Source: Octopus vulgaris | Lineage: Eukaryota | Assembly: GCA_951406725.2 (NCBI GenBank) | Contig: OX597815.1 | Coordinates: 135,284,001 to 135,348,000 of the forward strand | DNA length: 64,000 nt | Reading direction: 5' to 3' | Part shown: positions 59,501-64,000 of the stretch, in pieces | Layout of the letters: the number at the start of each line of letters is the position of its first letter | How positions within the stretch are numbered: the first letter of the stretch is position 1 | The notes under the pieces: model-generated | Database searches by the model: none | Told to the model about the DNA's origin: nothing | Seen by the model: only the letters and a program-made list of their open reading frames with translations | Translations under genes and position numbers: made by a program

Positions 59501-60913
59501 GTTTTCAATGAAAGGTCAATATTATGGGTATGGCTGCTGCATGTAAATCATTTCCTTTTAAACCAGAGCACTACTTTTTTTAGTTTATTTCGTTGTTATT
59601 CCCTTGGCATGCCTTGTTTGTTGAAGAATAGAATAGAATTTTATTATAACATTTTTTTTTTATTTCAGTCAATATTTAAAAATAATTTTGATTGAATATT
59701 GTTACACTGAATAAATACTTGAAAAATTTAATCTGTTAATCTGTACAGTTGCAGGTCAGCCTGATCCAGCAGCCTTATAAAAAAAATTTTTTCCAAATGT
59801 GAACTGCTTGTTTTTTGAATTACCAAGCTTATATTATCTACTGTATCCTTCTATTTTAGGTCTATAGGAGATGATTTGAGAGCAATTTTGCTGCTATTTC
59901 TAGTTGACCTATTACAAAGAGCTAGAATATTCCATTTTATTGTTACGTATTTTTTCGATTCCAAACAAGTTTTTAAAATTAACATGACTGTAACATTTTT
60001 ATCACATCTAGTGGCTTTAATGGAGATGTTGGACACTATATTGGTTATTCCAATGTACAGGAAGACTATGGTTATGGTACAAGAAATGAGGAATCATAGG
60101 AGTTCTATGATGGAAATGACATAGCCATTAGCAACACTAATTTCAGGAAACTGGTCAGTCACTTGATCATACACCATTTAGGCAAACATGCAAACCAGAC
60201 AGACTTCATACCAAGAAATAGGATAAGACTAATAGTCATAAATCTAAGTCTTTCTTTGGTAATGAATAAATCACTCATCATAGACTAGTGATTAACTAAT
60301 ATCAAAATAAGAACTAGACAGACCCAGAAGTACAGGGTAATCTGAGGAAGGAAGGTATGGAAGCTGAAAAATACTTGGCCACATGAAAATTCAAAGAAGT
60401 ACTAGTATACGTCAAGAATGAGAAGAAGACAGAGACATAAAACATAGAATACATTGGAGGTTTCTGAGACAACATGCTACAAGTCACAGATCAGATTTAT
60501 AGATGAAAGAAGGTTTCAAGCATATGGAAAATGATGAGGTGATGGATGGTATGGTAGATACAGCCATAAAAGCTAAGAGACAGACCTGGAGAGAATGGAA
60601 GAAAGATGAGAGCCAAGAAGAATATAAAGTAGCTAGATGACAAGATAGATATCAGGTGCACTTACTGAAGATGGAAGTAGTGACATGATGCATTCTCGAT
60701 GTCAAAACAGAATGTCAATATGAGTCAGGATGTCATTGGTGTGAAGTGTGCATTGAATGATAGTGGTATGCCTGCTCTCACTAACTCCATGAAGAAGGAG
60801 GGATAGAGATGAATTGGAGTGATGGTGGTGCAAGTTCAAGTGAGCCCAACAGAACAACTACCCACAAATAGACCAAACAAAAAGACTAGCTATGTGATCA
60901 AAATGTCCATTAA

Positions 60914-61135
60914 CCCTTTTGTTACTGTATTTATTTTGAGATGCTCTGTGTTTCTTTCAATTAATTCTAAATATAACAAAGAATTTTGTAAAATAACTTT
61001 GTTATCATTAAGCTAGTGTTAGAAACATAAATTGTGACGAAGGTTTGGTGGAAGATTTTAACTCAGAACTTATGAAAACAAGACATTTGTACTACAGAAC
61101 CAGAGGCAGTTTCAGCCAGCTTGGTATGGAAAGGG
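60914..61135. mobile_element. piggyBac-type MITE, family A (222 bp)
   Basis: TTAA|ccctttt...gaaaggg|TTAA, colinear with 19703-19923. Confidence 0.85.
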
Positions 61136-61290
61136 TTAAGGACATGAAAGCTGAGTAAGCAGCCATATCATGAGAGGCAGTCGTTAAGATAATGAAAATA
61201 TCCTGCAAAGTAGGATACATGCAAGTCAAAACACTTGTATGGTCAATCAGATAGTACAGGGAGAGATAATTCCCAATAAGTGGCATAGTA

Positions 61291-63173
61291 TTGGATTGGT
61301 CAAAAAGTCCATTTAGTTTTTGTTGACCGAAACTCCAAGCACCCTAACAAGTAGCTAACTTCAGTCTGTCACCTGCACATGTGCACTTGTCAGATACTTG
61401 AGACTTCAATGTAGTTCGACATGAACTTGTGATGAGACAGGTAGCATTTTATGTGCTTGGGATTACCATGTAAATGGAAGACCAAAATGAACATTACCAA
61501 CACCTCGTGCTTTTTTATTGTAAAAAGGGCAAGAAAGCAGTAGAAAATTACAGGATGATATGGACTATGTACAGAAAGGATGCTGTTATGCAATGTATAA
61601 CCAAAGTGGTTTTCAAAATTTTGATCACAAAATTTTTTGGTTCAAAATGCACCTCACTCTAGCTGGCCAAATGAGATTAACAATGACAAAATGAAGGAGT
61701 TGCTTGTCAAAAACCCCCGATATACAACCAGGATGATTGCAGATATTCTCCAAATATTCAAATCAAATGCTGAAAATTATCAGCCTCAACTTGATGACAC
61801 CAGTTGGCTCAATGTTTGGGTACCACATCAACTGAATGAGGCTAATCTTACCAGCAATTTTCCATTTTTGAGACTGTAACCATGGCCTAATGCTAGTGCA
61901 GCATAACCAGTCCATTTAAGAGTACCCTTCAATCACTGGGCAATAAACTGTGCATGTGAAGACCTGTTGAGTCAAGTGAAGTCAGTGTTGTAGCTGATGC
62001 CAATACTGCCTGACTGGCATCTGTGCTGGTGGCATGTAAAAAGCACTGTTCAAGCATGGTTGATGCCAGTCACCTGACTGGTCCTGTGCTGGTGGCATGT
62101 AAAAAGCACTGTTTGAGCCTGGGCCATTGCCAATGCTGCCTGACTGGCTCCCATGCCAGTGGCATGTAAAAGCACCATTCGAGCATGGTCATTGCCAGTG
62201 CCAACTGACTGGTTCCTGTGCCGGTAGTATGTAAAAAGCACCATTCGAGTGTGATCGATGCCAGCACTGCCTGACTGGCCCTTGTGTCGGTGGCATGTAA
62301 AAAGCACCCACTACACTCTCAGAGTGGTTGGCATTAGGAAGGGTATCCAGCAGTAGAAACATTGCCAGATCAGCTTGGAGCCTAGTGCAGTTTTCTGGCT
62401 TACCAGTCCTCAGTCAAACAGTCCAACTCATGCCAGCATGGAAAGCAGACATTAAGCGACAATGATGATGATGATGATTATGATGATGATGACTCATTGC
62501 AGAAATGTGAAGCAAACAATCCTTTTTGGGGGGAAGAGAATGGTGGCTGGGAGTGAAAAATGGATAGTCTGTTACAATGTGAAGCACAAAAGATCATGGG
62601 GAAGCATGGTAAACCACCAGAAATAACCTCCAAAGCAGGACTTCACCTGAAGAAAGTTGTGCTTTCAATTTGAAATGATTGAAAAGGTATTGTCTTTTAT
62701 CAGTGCCTTTCCATGGACAGGACCATCAATTTGGGTATGCGCTGTGACCAGCTAGACAAATTAAATACAGTAATCCATTAGAAGTGTCAGTACTTGCATT
62801 ATCTTTCATCACAACAATGCCGAATTTCACATTTTTTTGCTGATGCTGCAGAAATAATTGAGGTTTGACTGGCAAGTTTTGCCACATCTTCCTTATTCGT
62901 TAAAGCTTGCACCTTTAGATTTGCACCTGTTTCAGTCACTTCAAAATTTATTGAATGGACTGACCTTCAGCTCTGAAGAGGGAGTGAAAATTCATGGTTT
63001 TCATCAATAAAGAAGAAAAATTCTTTGAGTAGGGAATAATGAATCTGCCTACAAGATGGCAGAAAATACCAGAACAAAGTGGTAATTATATCAATGATTG
63101 AATTAATCATTGTGTTTAAGACTTGTGCCTTATTTTTGCTTAAGAAACTAACTAGACTTTTTGGCCAACACAA
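61291..63173 (+). mobile_element. mariner transposon with decayed transposase, interrupted by an RTE UTR
   Basis: TA-flanked imperfect TIRs ttggattggtcaaaaagtcc / agactttttggccaacacaa. Translations include MEDQNEHYQHLVLFYCKKGK, WVPHQL, MVAGSEKWIVCYN, HHNNA and LPHLPYSLKLAPLDLHLFQSLQN (cf. WVPHEL, TGDEKW, HDNARPH, YSPDLAP). Confidence 0.9.
61876..62491 (+). mobile_element. RTE LINE 3' UTR inserted in the mariner transposase (5 UTR units)
   Basis: aaaaagcac motifs near 62038, 62101, 62168, 62233 and 62299 (period 63-67 bp), then the conserved tail and (GAT)n. Confidence 0.9.
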
Positions 63174-64000
63174 TAGTATCATCTTCATATGCTACAAAGG
63201 TAAAGAAGAAGCTCCAGAAAGAAGTAATTACAGAAGCAACAATAAGACAAACCCACTTCTGGCAGTTACAAGAAGTGTTATGGAACTAACCACAAAATAA
63301 GATGAGATGCAGTTTATTTGTAACAGGATGGAATATCATTGATCCCCTTATCCTAGTGAGACAACAATAAGAAAGGTTCATAGCAAAGAGTAAACCACTG
63401 TGTTTAGCATTTTGCCAAACTGGAGAAGACAAGGCACCACGTAATGTACTTTGTTAATTGCTAAGAACACTCAGAGTAGTAAGTAGCTTGCACGTGCAAG
63501 CCATGTACAGATAGGTTGTAAACGAAGCAAAAGTTAGTAATGACTTCGGTGAGGAATTTAGCTTGTGTTTCGGTGCCTGTCAGAGCTTAGTCCTCAGAGC
63601 CTTTTGTTTATTACAGTTTTACCAATCTAAAACAGGAGTTTATGATCAACCGTTCACAGAAACTTCTATATGTTCAAGACCTAGTTCTCGTAGCTAAATC
63701 TGACAAAGAGTTAGAGAAGAAATTCAAAACAGTGAAGCAAAGCCTAGAGCTGAGAGGTCTTAAAATAACCCTAGCAAAAAATAAAGGAAAGAAGGCAACA
63801 CTCTATTGCCTTCTGGAAAGTGGCTGTGTTCAATATGCAGAAAAGGAATAGTTAGTAATGTTCTTTGGTATATTCAGTATGAACTACGTGTGTTCAAGAA
63901 ATGCACTGGAATCATAGGCTAACTTTTAGAGAATTACATCTGTGAGTGTGTGTGTGTGTGTGTGTGCACGCATGCACGTGCAGAGTAGTGGTAACAACAA

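Larger units (their letters stand above)
60005..63925 (+). mobile_element. Decayed RTE LINE hosting nested insertions
   Basis: GFNGDVG...YGYGTRNEE...NDIAISNTNFRK..SHLI (APE endonuclease, ~60010-60175), AIKAKRQTWREWKK (~60560), IFICYKGKEEAPERSNYR (63180) and LLYVQDLVLVA..ELEKKF (decayed YADD, 63660). Confidence 0.8.

Noticed and set aside
61985-62310. CRISPR-like regularly spaced repeats (also at 1040, 6663 and 12252)
   Set aside because: The units are contiguous tandem copies with no unique spacers, belong to an RTE 3' UTR, and have no cas genes in this eukaryotic context.

Overview
This is very AT-rich eukaryotic DNA, and its repeat content points to an octopus/coleoid cephalopod genome. 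That assignment is an inference from tRNA-derived CORE-type and Nin/Deu-type SINEs, RTE LINE tails ending in (GAT)n, and dense (AT)n/(AC)n microsatellites. The window is almost entirely intronic or intergenic. It holds dozens of SINEs and RTE 3'-UTR fragments, decayed RTE, R4/Dong-like and Penelope-like retroelements, and relics of mariner, Tc1-like and pogo/POGK-like transposases. It also contains TTAA (piggyBac-type) and hAT MITEs, several fold-back hairpins, and an 8.1-kb complex (AT)n array running into a 100-N scaffold gap. No intact protein-coding gene is present, and nearly all ORF-track entries are spurious. The best host-gene signal is one 44-nt minus-strand exon at 16704-16747, with weaker candidate micro- or terminal exons. 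I found no convincing novel multi-gene system. The most interesting leads are a G:U-biased 90-nt hairpin (pre-miRNA-like), degenerate Penelope-type hammerhead relics including an inverted pair, a structured 66-bp VNTR in the RTE 3' UTR, head-to-tail SINE arrays and the strand-asymmetric AT array.
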